Below, one piece after another: positions 26,779 through 41,700 of a stretch of 64,000 bases of DNA (its first letter is position 1; each line of letters opens with the position of its first letter). The position numbers were made by a program, and so were the translations under genes. The stretch covers positions 8,308,001 through 8,372,000 of the forward strand of contig OZ024740.1 of NCBI GenBank assembly GCA_964016885.1, written 5' to 3'. The notes under the pieces are model-generated. The model saw only the letters and a list, made by a program, of their open reading frames with translations. It ran no database searches and was not told the origin of the DNA. Origin of the DNA: Eledone cirrhosa. Lineage: Eukaryota.

Positions 26779-29700
26779 ATATCAGTTTCTATTGGTATGT
26801 CAGTTTTGATTGGTATATCAGTTTCGATTGGTATGTCAGTTTCGATTGGTATGTCAGTTTCGATTGGTATATCAGTTCGGATTGGTATGTCAGTTTCGAT
26901 TGGTATGTCAGTTTCGATTGGTATATCAGTTTCGATTGGTATGTCAGTTTCGATTGGTATGTCAATTTCGATTGGTATATCAGTTTCTATTGGTATGTCA
27001 GTTTCGAGTGGTATGTCAGTTTCTATTGGTATATCAGTTTCGATTGATATATCAGTTTCGATTAGTATGTCAGTTTCTACTGGTATGTCAGTTTCGATTA
27101 GTATATCAGTTTCTAATGGTATGTCAGTTTCTATTGGTATATCAGATTCGATTGGTATATCACTTTCGATTAGTATGTCAGTTTCTATTGGTATGTCAGT
27201 TTCGATTGCTTTATCAGTTCCGATTGGTATGTAAGTTTTGATTGGTATGTCAGTATCGATTGGTATATCAGTTTCGATTGGGATGTCAGTTTCGATTAGT
27301 ATATCAGTTTCTATTGGTATGTCAGTTTCGATTGGTATATCACTTTCGATTTGTACATCAGTTTCTATTGCTATATCAGTTTCTATTGGTATGTCAGTTT
27401 CAATTGGTATGAACGTTTCGATTGGTATATCAGTTTCGATTGGTATGTCAGTTTCGATTGGTATATCATTTTCGATTGGTATGTCAATTTCAATTAGTTT
27501 GTCAGTTTCTATTGGTATATCAGTTTCGATTGGTATGTCAGTTTCGATTAGTATATCAGTTTCTATATGTATGTCAGATTCTATTGTTATATCAGTTTCG
27601 ATTGGTATATCAGTTTCGATTAATATATCAGTTTCGATTACTATGTCAGTTTCTACTAGTATGTCAGTTTCGATTAGTATATCAGTTTCTATTGGTATGT
27701 CAGTTTCGATTGGTATGTCAGTTTCTATTGGTATGTCAGTTTCGATTGGTATGTCAGTTTCTATTGGTATGTCAATTTCGATTGGTATATAAGTTTAGAT
27801 TAGTATGTCAGTTTCTATTGGTATATCAGTTTCGATTGGTATATTAGTTTCGACTAGTATATCAGTTTCTATAGGTATGTTAGTTTCTATTAGTATATCA
27901 GTTTCGACTGGTATATCAGTTTCGATTAGAATGTCAGTTTCGATTTTTATGTCAGTTTCGATTTGTATATCAGTTCCGATTGGTATGTCAGTTTCTATTG
28001 GTATGTCAGTTTCGATTGGTATATCAGTTTCGATTTGTATATCAGTTCCTATTGGTATGTCAGTTTCTATTGGTATGTCAGTTTCGATTTGTATATCAGT
28101 TCCGATTCGTATATCAGTTTCTATTGGTATGTCAGTTTCAATTGGTATGTAAGTTTCGATTGTCATATCAGGTTCTATTGGTATGTCAGTTTCAATTGGT
28201 ATATCAGTTTCGATTGGTATGTCATTTTCAATTAGTATATCAGTTTCTATTGGTATGTCAGTTTCTATTGGTATATCACGTCCGATTGGTATGTCAATTT
28301 CGATTGGTATATCAGTTTCTATTGGTATGTCAGTTTCGATTGGTATGTCAGTTTCTATTGGTATATCAGTTTCGATTGATATATCAGTTTCGATTAGTAT
28401 ATCAGTTTCTACTGGTATGTCAGTTTCGATTAGTATATCAGTTTCTATTGGTATGTCAGTTTCGATTGGTATATCAGTTTCGATTCGTATATCAGTTCCT
28501 ATTGCTATATCAGTTTCTATTGGTATGTCATTTCCAATTGGTATGTAAGTTTCGATTGATTTATCAGTTTCGATTGGTATGTCAGTTTCTATTGGTATAT
28601 CAGTTTCTATTGGTATGTCAGTTTCGATTGATATATCAGTTTCGAATAGTATGTCAGTTTCTACTGGTATGTCAGTTTCGATTAGTATATCAGTTTCTAT
28701 TGGTATGTCAGTTTCGATTGGTATATCAGTTTCGATTTGTATATCAGTTCCTATTGCTATATCAGTTTCTATTGGTATGTCAGTTTCAATTGGTATGTAA
28801 GTTTCGATTGTCATATCAGTTTCTATAGGTATGTCAATTTCTATTGGTATATCTGTTTCTATTTGTATATCAGTTTCTATTGTTATATCAGTTTCGATTG
28901 GTATATCAGTTTCGATTGGTATATCAGTTTCGATTGGTATATCAGTTTCGGTTGGTATGTCAGTTTCAATTGGTATATCAGTTTCTATTGGTATGTCAGT
29001 TTTGATTGTTATATCAGTTTCGATTGGTATGTCAGTTTCGATTGGTATGTCAGTTTCGATTGGTATATCAGTTCGGATTGGTATGTCAGTTTCGATTGGT
29101 ATGTCAGTTTCGATTGGTATATCAGTTTCGATTGGTATGTCAGTTTCGATTGGTATGTCAATTTCGATTGGTATATCAGTTTCTATTGGTATGTCAGTTT
29201 CGAGTGGTATGTCAGTTTCTATTGGTATATCAGTTTCGATTGATATATCAGTTTCGATTAGTATGTCAGTTTCTACTGGTATGTCAGTTTCGATTAGTAT
29301 ATCAGTTTCTAATGGTATGTCAGTTTCTATTGGTATATCAGATTCGATTGGTATATCACTTTCGATTAGTATGTAAGTTTTGATTGGTATGTCAGTTTCG
29401 ATTGGTATATCAGTTTCGATTGGGAAGTCAGTTTCGATTAGTATATCAGTTTCTATTGGTATGTCAGTTTCGATTGGTATATCACTTTCGATTTGTATAT
29501 CAGTTTCTATTGCTATATCAGTTTCTATTGGTATGTCAGTTTCAATTGGTATGAACGTTTCGATTGGTATATCAGTTTCGATTGGTATGTCACTTTCGAT
29601 TGGTATATCATTTTCGATTGGTATGTCAATTTCAATTAGTTTGTCAGTTTCTATTGGTATATCAGTTTCGATTGGTATGTCAGTTTCGATTAGTATATCA

Positions 29701-32700
29701 GTTTCTATATGTATGTCAGTTTCTATTGTTATATCAGTTTCGATTGGTATATCAGTTTCGATTAATATATCAGTTTGGATTACTATGTCAGTTTCTACTA
29801 GTATGTCAGTTTCGATTAGTATATCAGTTTCTATTGGTATGTCAGTTTCGATTGGTATGTCAGTTTCTATTGGTATGTCAGTTTCGATTGGTATGTCAGT
29901 TTCTATTGGTATGTCAATTTCGATTGGTATATAAGTTTAGATTAGTATGTCAGTTTCTATTGGTATATCAGTTTCGATTGGTATATTAGTTTCGACTAGT
30001 ATATCAGTTTCTATAGGTATGTTAGTTTCTATTAGTATATCAGTTTCGACTGGTATATCAGTTTCGATTAGAATGTCAGTTTCGATTGTTATGTCAGTTT
30101 CGATTTGTATATCAGTTCCGATTGGTATGTCAGTTTCTATTGGTATGTCAGTTTCGATTGGTATATCAGTTTCGATTTGTATATCAGTTCCTATTGGTAT
30201 GTCAGTTTCTATTGGTATGTCAGTTTCGATTTGTATATCAGTTCCGATTGGTATATCAGTTTCTATTGGTATGTCAGTTTCAATTGGTATGTAAGTTTCG
30301 ATTGTCATATCAGGTTCTATTGGTATGTCAGTTTCAATTGGTATATCAGTTTCGATTGGTATGTCATTTTCAATTAGTATATCAGTTTCTATTGGTATGT
30401 CAGTTTCTATTGGTATATCACGTCCGATTGGTATGTCAATTTCGATTGGTATATCAGTTTCTATTGGTATGTCAGTTTCGATTGGTATGTCAGTTTCTAT
30501 TGGTATATCAGTTTCGATTGATATATCAGTTTCGATTAGTATATCAGTTTCTACTGGTATGTCAGTTTCGATTAGTATATCAGTTTCTATTGGTATGTCA
30601 GTTTCGATTGGTATATCAGTTTCGATTCGTATATCAGTTCCTATTGCTATATCAGTTTCTATTGGTATGTCAGTTTCAATTGGTATGTAAGTTTCGATTG
30701 GTTTATCAGTTTCGATTGGTATGTCAGTTTCTATTGGTATATCAGTTTCTATTGGTATGTCAGTTTCGATTGATATATCAGTTTCGAATAGTATGTCAGT
30801 TTCTACTGGTATGTCAGTTTCGATTAGTATATCAGTTTCTATTGGTATGTCAGTTTCGATTGGTATATCAGTTTCGATTTGTATATCAGTTCCTATTGCT
30901 ATATCAGTTTCTATTGGTATGTCAGTTTCAATTGGTATGTAAGTTTCGATTGTCATATCAGTTTCTATAGGTATGTCAATTTCTATTGGTATATCTGTTT
31001 CTATTTGTATATCAGTTTCTATTGTTATATCAGTTTCGATTGATATATCAGTTTCGATTAGTATGTCAGTTTCTACTGGTATGTCAGTTTCGATTAGTAT
31101 ATCAGTTTCTATTGGTATGTCAGTTTCTATTGGTATATCAGTTTCGATTGGTATATCAGTTTCGATTGGTATATCAGTTTCGATTGGTATATCAGTTTCG
31201 GTTGGTATGTCAGTTTCAATTGGTATATCAGTTTCTATTGGTATGTCAGTTTTGATTGGTATATCAGTTTCGATTGGTATGTCAGTTTCGATTGGTATGT
31301 CAGTTTCGATTGGTATATCAGTTCGGATTGGTATGTCAGTTTCGATTGGTATGTCAGTTTCTATTGGTATGTTAGTTTTGATTAGTATATCAGTTTCTAT
31401 TGGTATGTCAGTTTTGATCGGTATGTCAGTTTCTATTGATATATCCGTTTCGATTGGTCTATCAGTTTTGATTGGTATATCAGTTTCGATTGCTATGTAA
31501 GTTTCTATTGGTATATCATTTTCTATTGGTATGTCAGTTTTGATTGGTATATCAGTTTCGATTGGTATGTCAGTTTCGATTAGTATGTCAGTTTCGATTG
31601 GTATATCAGTTCCGATTGGTATGTCAGTTTCGATTGGTATGTCAGTTTCGATTGGTATATCAGTTTCGATTGGTATGTCAGTTTCGATTGGTATGTCAAT
31701 TTCAATTGGTATATCAGTTTCTATTGGTATGTCAGTTTTGAGTGGTATGTCAGTTTCTATTGGTATATCAGTTTAGATTGATATATCAGTTTCGATTAGT
31801 ATGTCAGTTTCTACTGGTATGTCAGTTTCGATTAGTATATCAGTTTCTATTGGTATGTCAGTTTCGATTGGTATATCAGTTTCGATTTGTATATCAGTTT
31901 CTATTGCTATATCAGTTTCTATTGGTATGTCAGTTTCAATTGGTATATCAGTTACTATTGGTATGTCAGTTTCTAATGGTATGTCAATTTCTATTGGTAT
32001 ATCAGCTTCGATTGGTATATCACTTTCGATTAGTATGTCAGTTTCTATTGGTATGTCTGTTTTGATTGGTATATCAGTTTCAATTGGCATGTCAGTTTCG
32101 ATTGGTATGTCAGTTTCGATTGGTTTATCAGTTCCGATTGGTATGTAAGTTTTGATTGGTATGTCAGTTTCGATTGGTATATCAGTTTCGATTGGTATAT
32201 CAGTTTCTATTGGTATGTCAGTTTCTATTGGTATGTCAGTTTCTATTGGTATATCAGTTTCGATTGATATATCAGTTTCGAATAGTATGTCAGTTTCTAC
32301 TGGTATGTCAGTTTCGATTAGTATATCAGTTTCTATTGGTATATCAGTTTCTATTGGTATGTCAGTTTTGATTGGTACATCAGTTTCGATTGGTATATCA
32401 GTTTCGATTGGTATCTCAGTTTCTAATGTTATGTCATTTTCTATTGGTATATCAGCTTCGATTGGTATATCACTTTCGATTAGTACGTCAGTTTCTATTG
32501 GTATGTCAGTTTTGATTGGTATATCAGTTTCAATTGGTATGTCAGTTTCGATTGTTATGTCAGTTTCGATTGGTTTATCAGTTCCGATTGGTATATCAGT
32601 TTCGATGGGTATGTCTGTTTCGATTGGTATATCAGTTTCCACTGGTACGTCAGTTTCGATTGGTATGTCATTTTCAATTAGTATATTAGTTTCTATTGGT

Positions 32701-35700
32701 ATATCAGTTTCGATTGGTATATCAGTTTCGATTAGTATATCAGTTTCTATAGGTATGTCAATTTCTATTGGTATGTCTGTTTCGATTGGTATATCAGTTT
32801 CTATTGTTATATCAGTTTCGATTGATATATCAGTTTCGATTAGTATGTCAGTTTCTACTGGTATGTCAGTTTCGATTAGGATATCAGTTTCTATTGGTAT
32901 GTCAGTTTCTATTGGTATATCAGTTTCGATTGGTATATCAGTTTCCATTGGTATATCAGTTTCGATTGGTATATCAGTTTCGGTTGGCATGTCAGTTTCA
33001 ATTGGTATATCAGTTTCGATTGGTATGTCAGTTTCGATTGGAATATCAGTTTCGATTGGTATGTCAGTTTCGATTGGTATGTCAGTTTCTATTGGTATGT
33101 CAGTTTCCATTGGTATGTCAGTTTCGATTGGTTTATCAGTTCCGATTGGTATGTAAGTTTTGATGTGTATGTCTGTTTCGATTGGTATATCAGTTTTGAT
33201 TGGTATATCAGTTTCTATTGGTATGTCAGTTTCCATTGGTATGTCAGTTTCTATTGGTATACCAGTTTCGATTGGTATATCAGTTTCGATTGATATATCA
33301 GTTTCGAATAGTATGTCAGTTTCTACTGGTATGTCAGTTTCGATTAGTATATCAGTTTCTATTGGTATGTCAGTTTCGATTGGTATATCAGTTTCGATTT
33401 GTATATCAGTTACTATTGCTATATCAGTTTCTATTGGTATGTCAGTTTCAATTGGTATATCAGTTTCTATTGGTATGTCAGTTTCTAATGGTATGTCAAT
33501 TTCTATTGGTATATCAGCTTCGATTGGTATATCACTTTCGATTAGTATGTCAGTTTCTATTGGTATGTCTGTTTTGATTGGTATATCAGTTTCAATTGGC
33601 ATGTCAGTTTCGATTGGTATGTCAGTTTCGATTGGTTTATCAGTTCCGATTGGTATGTAAGTTTTGATTGGTATGTCAGTTTCGATTGGTATATCAGTTT
33701 CGATTGGTATATCAGTTTCTATTGGTATGTCAGTTTCTATTGGTATGTCAGTTTCTATTGGTATATCAGTTTCGATTGATATATCAGTTGCGAATAGTAT
33801 GTCAGTTTCTACTGGTATGTCAGTTTCGATTAGTATATCAGTTTCTATTGGTATATCAGTTTCTATTGGTATGTCAGTTTTGATTGGTACATCAGTTTCG
33901 ATTGGTATATCAGTTTCGATTGGTATCTCAGTTTCTAATGTTATGTCATTTTCTATTGGTATATCAGCTTCGATTGGTATATCACTTTCGATTAGTACGT
34001 CAGTTTCTATTGGTATGTCAGTTTTGATTGGTATATCAGTTTCAATTGGTATGTCAGTTTCGATTGTTATGTCAGTTTCGATTGGTTAATCAGTTCCGAT
34101 TGGTATATCAGTTTCGATGGGTATGTCTGTTTCGATTGGTATATCAGTTTCCACTGGTACGTCAGTTTCGATTGGTATGTCATTTTCAATTAGTATATTA
34201 GTTTCTATTGGTATATCAGTTTCGATTGGTATATCAGTTTCGATTAGTATATCAGTTTCTATAGGTATGTCAATTTCTATTGGTATGTCTGTTTCGATTG
34301 GTATATCAGTTTCTATTGTTATATCAGTTTCAATTGATATATCAGTTTCGATTAGTATGTCAGTTTCTACTGGTATGTCAGTTTCGATTAGGATATCAGT
34401 TTCTATTGGTATGTCAGTTTCTATTGGTATATCAGTTTCGATTGGTATATCAGTTTCCATTGGTATATCAGTTTCGATTGGTATATCAGTTTCGGTTGGC
34501 ATGTCAGTTTCAATTGGTATATCAGTTTCGATTGGTATGTCAGTTTCGATTGGAATATCAGTTTCGACTGGTATGTCAGTTTCGATTGGTATGTCAGTTT
34601 CTATTGGTATGTCAGTTTCCATTGGTATGTCAGTTTCGATTGGTTTATCAGTTCCGATTGGTATGTAAGTTTTGATGTGTATGTCTGTTTCGATTGGTAT
34701 ATCAGTTTTGATTGGTATATCAGTTTCTATTGGTATGTCAGTTTCCATTGGTATGTCAGTTTCTATTGGTATACCAGTTTCGATTGGTATATCAGTTTCG
34801 ATTGATATATCAGTTTCGAATAGTATGTTAGTTTCTACTGGTATGTCAGTTTCGATTAGTATATCAGTTTCTATTGGTATGTCAGTTTCGATTGGTATAT
34901 CAGTTTCGATTTGTATATCAGTTCCTATTGCTATATCAGTTTCTATTGGTATGTCAGATTCAATTGGTATGTAAGTTTCGATTGTCATATCAGTTTCTAT
35001 AGGTATGTCAATTTCTATTGGTATATCTGTTTCTATTTGTATATCAGTTTCTATTGTTATATCAGTTTCGATTGATATATCAGTTTCGATTAGTATGTCA
35101 GTTTCTACTGGTATGTCAGTTTCGATTAGTATATCAGTTTCTATTGGTATGTCAGTTTCTATTGGTATATCAGTTTCGATTGGTATATCAGTTTCGATTG
35201 GTATATCAGTTTCGATTGGTATATCAGTTTCGGTTGGTATGTCAGTTTCAATTGGTATATCAGTTTCTATTGGTATGTCAGTTTTGATTGGTATATCAGT
35301 TTCGATTGGTATGTCAGTTTCGATTGGTATGTCAGTTTCGATTGGTATATCAGTTCGGATTGGTATGTCAGTTTCGATTGGTATGTCAGTTTCGATTGGT
35401 ATATCAGTTTCGATTGGTATGTCAGTTTCGATTGGTATGTCAATTTCGATTGGTATATCAGTTTCTATTGGTATGTCAGTTTCGAGTGGTATGTCAGTTT
35501 CTATTGGTATATCAGTTTCGATTGATATATCAGTTTCGATTAGTATGTCAGTTTCTACTGGTATGTCAGTTTCGATTAGTATATCAGTTTCTAATGGTAT
35601 GTCAGTTTCTATTGGTATATCAGATTCGATTGGTATATCACTTTCGATTAGTATGTCAGTTTCTATTGGTATGTCAGTTTCGATTGCTTTATCAGTTCCG

Positions 35701-38700
35701 ATTGGTATGTAAGTTTTGATTGGTATGTCAGTATCGATTGGTATATCAGTTTCGATTGGGATGTCAGTTTCGATTAGTATATCAGTTTCTATTGGTATGT
35801 CAGTTTCGATTGGTATATCACTTTCGATTTGTACATCAGTTTCTATTGCTATATCAGTTTCTATTGGTATGTCAGTTTCAATTGGTATGAACGTTTCGAT
35901 TGGTATATCAGTTTCGATTGGTATGTCAGTTTCGATTGGTATATCATTTTCGATTGGTATGTCAATTTCAATTAGTTTGTCAGTTTCTATTGGTATATCA
36001 GTTTCGATTGGTATGTCAGTTTCGATTAGTATATCAGTTTCTATATGTATGTCAGATTCTATTGTTATATCAGTTTCGATTGGTATATCAGTTTCGATTA
36101 ATATATCAGTTTCGATTACTATGTCAGTTTCTACTAGTATGTCAGTTTCGATTAGTATATCAGTTTCTATTGGTATGTCAGTTTCGATTGGTATGTCAGT
36201 TTCTATTGGTATGTCAGTTTCGATTGGTATGTCAGTTTCTATTGGTATGTCAATTTCGATTGGTATATAAGTTTAGATTAGTATGTCAGTTTCTATTGGT
36301 ATATCAGTTTCGATTGGTATATTAGTTTCGACTAGTATATCAGTTTCTATAGGTATGTTAGTTTCTATTAGTATATCAGTTTCGACTGGTATATCAGTTT
36401 CGATTAGAATGTCAGTTTCGATTTTTATGTCAGTTTCGATTTGTATATCAGTTCCGATTGGTATGTCAGTTTCTATTGGTATGTCAGTTTCGATTGGTAT
36501 ATCAGTTTCGATTTGTATATCAGTTCCTATTGGTATGTCAGTTTCTATTGGTATGTCAGTTTCGATTTGTATATCAGTTCCGATTCGTATATCAGTTTCT
36601 ATTGGTATGTCAGTTTCAATTGGTATGTAAGTTTCGATTGTCATATCAGGTTCTATTGGTATGTCAGTTTCAATTGGTATATCAGTTTCGATTGGTATGT
36701 CATTTTCAATTAGTATATCAGTTTCTATTGGTATGTCAGTTTCTATTGGTATATCACGTCCGATTGGTATGTCAATTTCGATTGGTATATCAGTTTCTAT
36801 TGGTATGTCAGTTTCGATTGGTATGTCAGTTTCTATTGGTATATCAGTTTCGATTGATATATCAGTTTCGATTAGTATATCAGTTTCTACTGGTATGTCA
36901 GTTTCGATTAGTATATCAGTTTCTATTGGTATGTCAGTTTCGATTGGTATATCAGTTTCGATTCGTATATCAGTTCCTATTGCTATATCAGTTTCTATTG
37001 GTATGTCATTTCCAATTGGTATGTAAGTTTCGATTGATTTATCAGTTTCGATTGGTATGTCAGTTTCTATTGGTATATCAGTTTCTATTGGTATGTCAGT
37101 TTCGATTGATATATCAGTTTCGAATAGTATGTCAGTTTCTACTGGTATGTCAGTTTCGATTAGTATATCAGTTTCTATTGGTATGTCAGTTTCGATTGGT
37201 ATATCAGTTTCGATTTGTATATCAGTTCCTATTGCTATATCAGTTTCTATTGGTATGTCAGTTTCAATTGGTATGTAAGTTTCGATTGTCATATCAGTTT
37301 CTATAGGTATGTCAATTTCGATTGGTATATCTGTTTCTATTTGTATATCAGTTTCTATTGTTATATCAGTTTCGATTGGTATATCAGTTTCGATTGGTAT
37401 ATCAGTTTCGATTGGTATATCAGTTTCGGTTGGTATGTCAGTTTCAATTGGTATATCAGTTTCTATTGGTATGTCAGTTTTGATTGTTATATCAGTTTCG
37501 ATTGGTATGTCAGTTTCGATTGGTATGTCAGTTTCGATTGGTATATCAGTTCGGATTGGTATGTCAGTTTCGATTGTTATGTCAGTTTCGATTGGTATAT
37601 CAGTTTCGATTGGTATGTCAGTTTCGATTGGTATGTCAATTTCGATTGGTATATCAGTTTCTATTGGTATGTCAGTTTCGAGTGGTATGTCAGTTTCTAT
37701 TGGTATATCAGTTTCGATTGATATATCAGTTTCGATTAGTATGTCAGTTTCTACTGGTATGTCAGTTTCGATTAGTATATCAGTTTCTAATGGTATGTCA
37801 GTTTCTATTGGTATATCAGATTCGATTGGTATATCACTTTCGATTAGTATGTAAGTTTTGATTGGTATGTCAGTTTCGATTGGTATATCAGTTTCGATTG
37901 GGAAGTCAGTTTCGATTAGTATATCAGTTTCTATTGGTATGTCAGTTTCGATTGGTATATCACTTTCGATTTGTATATCAGTTTCTATTGCTATATCAGT
38001 TTCTATTGGTATGTCAGTTTCAATTGGTATGAACGTTTCGATTGGTATATCAGTTTCGATTGGTATGTCACTTTCGATTGGTATATCATTTTCGATTGGT
38101 ATGTCAATTTCAATTAGTTTGTCAGTTTCTATTGGTATATCAGTTTCGATTGGTATGTCAGTTTCGATTAGTATATCAGTTTCTATATGTATGTCAGTTT
38201 CTATTGTTATATCAGTTTCGATTGGTATATCAGTTTCGATTAATATATCAGTTTGGATTACTATGTCAGTTTCTACTAGTATGTCAGTTTCGATTAGTAT
38301 ATCAGTTTCTATTGGTATGTCAGTTTCGATTGGTATGTCAGTTTCTATTGGTATGTCAGTTTCGATTGGTATGTCAGTTTCTATTGGTATGTCAATTTCG
38401 ATTGGTATATAAGTTTAGATTAGTATGTCAGTTTCTATTGGTATATCAGTTTCGATTGGTATATTAGTTTCGACTAGTATATCAGTTTCTATAGGTATGT
38501 TAGTTTCTATTAGTATATCAGTTTCGACTGGTATATCAGTTTCGATTAGAATGTCAGTTTCGATTGTTATGTCAGTTTCGATTTGTATATCAGTTCCGAT
38601 TGGTATGTCAGTTTCTATTGGTATGTCAGTTTCGATTGGTATATCAGTTTCGATTTGTATATCAGTTCCTATTGGTATGTCAGTTTCTATTGGTATGTCA

Positions 38701-41700
38701 GTTTCGATTTGTATATCAGTTCCGATTGGTATATCAGTTTCTATTGGTATGTCAGTTTCAATTGGTATGTAAGTTTCGATTGTCATATCAGGTTCTATTG
38801 GTATGTCAGTTTCAATTGGTATATCAGTTTCGATTGGTATGTCATTTTCAATTAGTATATCAGTTTCTATTGGTATGTCAGTTTCTATTGGTATATCACG
38901 TCCGATTGGTATGTCAATTTCGATTGGTATATCAGTTTCTATTGGTATGTCAGTTTCGATTGGTATGTCAGTTTCTATTGGTATATCAGTTTCGATTGAT
39001 ATATCAGTTTCGATTAGTATATCAGTTTCTACTGGTATGTCAGTTTCGATTAGTATATCAGTTTCTATTGGTATGTCAGTTTCGATTGGTATATCAGTTT
39101 CGATTCGTATATCAGTTCCTATTGCTATATCAGTTTCTATTGGTATGTCAGTTTCAATTGGTATGTAAGTTTCGATTGGTTTATCAGTTTCGATTGGTAT
39201 GTCAGTTTCTATTGGTATATCAGTTTCTATTGGTATGTCAGTTTCGATTGATATATCAGTTTCGAATAGTATGTCAGTTTCTACTGGTATGTCAGTTTCG
39301 ATTAGTATATCAGTTTCTATTGGTATGTCAGTTTCGATTGGTATATCAGTTTCGATTTGTATATCAGTTCCTATTGCTATATCAGTTTCTATTGGTATGT
39401 CAGTTTCAATTGGTATGTAAGTTTCGATTGTCATATCAGTTTCTATAGGTATGTCAATTTCTATTGGTATATCTGTTTCTATTTGTATATCAGTTTCTAT
39501 TGTTATATCAGTTTCGATTGATATATCAGTTTCGATTAGTATGTCAGTTTCTACTGGTATGTCAGTTTCGATTAGTATATCAGTTTCTATTGGTATGTCA
39601 GTTTCTATTGGTATATCAGTTTCGATTGGTATATCAGTTTCGATTGGTATATCAGTTTCGATTGGTATATCAGTTTCGGTTGGTATGTCAGTTTCAATTG
39701 GTATATCAGTTTCTATTGGTATGTCAGTTTTGATTGGTATATCAGTTTCGATTGGTATGTCAGTTTCGATTGGTATGTCAGTTTCGATTGGTATATCAGT
39801 TCGGATTGGTATGTCAGTTTCGATTGGTATGTCAGTTTCGATTGGTATATCAGTTTCGATTGGTATGTCAGTTTCGATTGGTATGTCAATTTCGATTGGT
39901 ATATCAGTTTCTATTGGTATGTCAGTTTCGAGTGGTATGTCAGTTTCTATTGGTATATCAGTTTCGATTGATATATCAGTTTCGATTAGTATGTCAGTTT
40001 CTACTGGTATGTCAGTTTCGATTAGTATATCAGTTTCTAATGGTATGTCAGTTTCTATTGGTATATCAGATTCGATTGGTATATCACTTTCGATTAGTAT
40101 GTCAGTTTCTATTGGTATGTCAGTTTCGATTGCTTTTTCAGTTTCGATTGCTTTTTCAGTTCCGATTGGTATGTAAGTTTTGATTGGTATGTCAGTTTCG
40201 ATTGGTATATCAGTTTCGATTGGGATGTCAGTTTCGATTAGTATATCAGTTTCTATTGGTATGTCAGTTTCGATTGGTATATCACTTTCGATTTGTATAT
40301 CAGTTTCTATTGCTATATCAGTTTCTATTGGTATGTCAGTTTCAATTGGTATGAACGTTTCGATTGGTATATCAGTTTCGATTGGTATGTCAGTTTCGAT
40401 TGGTATATCATTTTCGATTGGTATGTCAATTTAAATTAGTTTGTCAGTTTCTATTGGTATATCAGTTTCGATTGGTATGTCAGTTTCGATTAGTATATCA
40501 GTTTCTATATGTATGTCAGTTTCTATTGTTATATCAGTTTCGATTGGTATATCAGTTTCGATTAATATATCAGTTTCGATTACTATGTCAGTTTCTACTA
40601 GTATGTCAGTTTCGATTAGTATATCAGTTTCTATTGGTATGTCAGTTTCGATTGGTATGTCAGTTTCTATTGGTATGTCAGTTTCGATTGGTATGTCAGT
40701 TTCTATTGGTATGTCAATTTCGATTGGTATATAAGTTTAGATTAGTATGTCAGTTTCTATTGGTATATCAGTTTCGATTGGTATATTAGTTTCGACTAGT
40801 ATATCAGTTTCTATAGGTATGTTAGTTTCTATTAGTATATCAGTTTCGACTGGTATATCAGTTTCGATTAGAATGTCAGTTTCGATTGTTATGTCAGTTT
40901 CGATTCGTATATCAGTTCCGATTGGTATGTCAGTTTCTATTGGTATGTCAGTTTCGATTGGTATATCAGTTTCGATTTGTATATCAGTTCCTATTGGTAT
41001 GTCAGTTTCTATTGGTATGTCAGTTTCGATTTGTATATCAGTTCCGATTGGTATATCAGTTTCTATTGGTATGTCTGTTTCAATTGGTATGTAAGTTTCG
41101 ATTGTCATATCAGGTTCTATTGGTATGTCAGTTTCAATTGGTATATCAGTTTCGATTGGTATGTCATTTTCAATTAGTATATCAGTTTCTATTGGTATGT
41201 CAGTTTCTATTGGTATATCACGTCCGATTGGTATGTCAATTTCGATTGGTATATCAGTTTCTATTGGTATGTCAGTTTCGATTGGTATGTCAGTTTCTAT
41301 TGGTATATCAGTTTCGATTGATATATCAGTTTCGATTAGTATATCAGTTTCTACTGGTATGTCAGTTTCGATTAGTATATCAGTTTCTATTGGTATGTCA
41401 GTTTCGATTGGTATATCAGTTTCGATTCGTATATCAGTTCCTATTGCTATATCAGTTTCTATTGGTATGTCAGTTTCAATTGGTATGTAAGTTTCGATTG
41501 GTTTATCAGTTTCGATTGGTATGTCAGTTTCTATTGGTATATCAGTTTATATTGGTATGTCAGTTTCGATTGATATATCAGTTTCGAATAGTATGTCAGT
41601 TTCTACTGGTATGTCAGTTTCGATTAGTATATCAGTTTCTATTGGTATGTCAGTTTCAATTGGTATGTAAGTTTCGATTGTCATATCAGTTTCTATAGGT

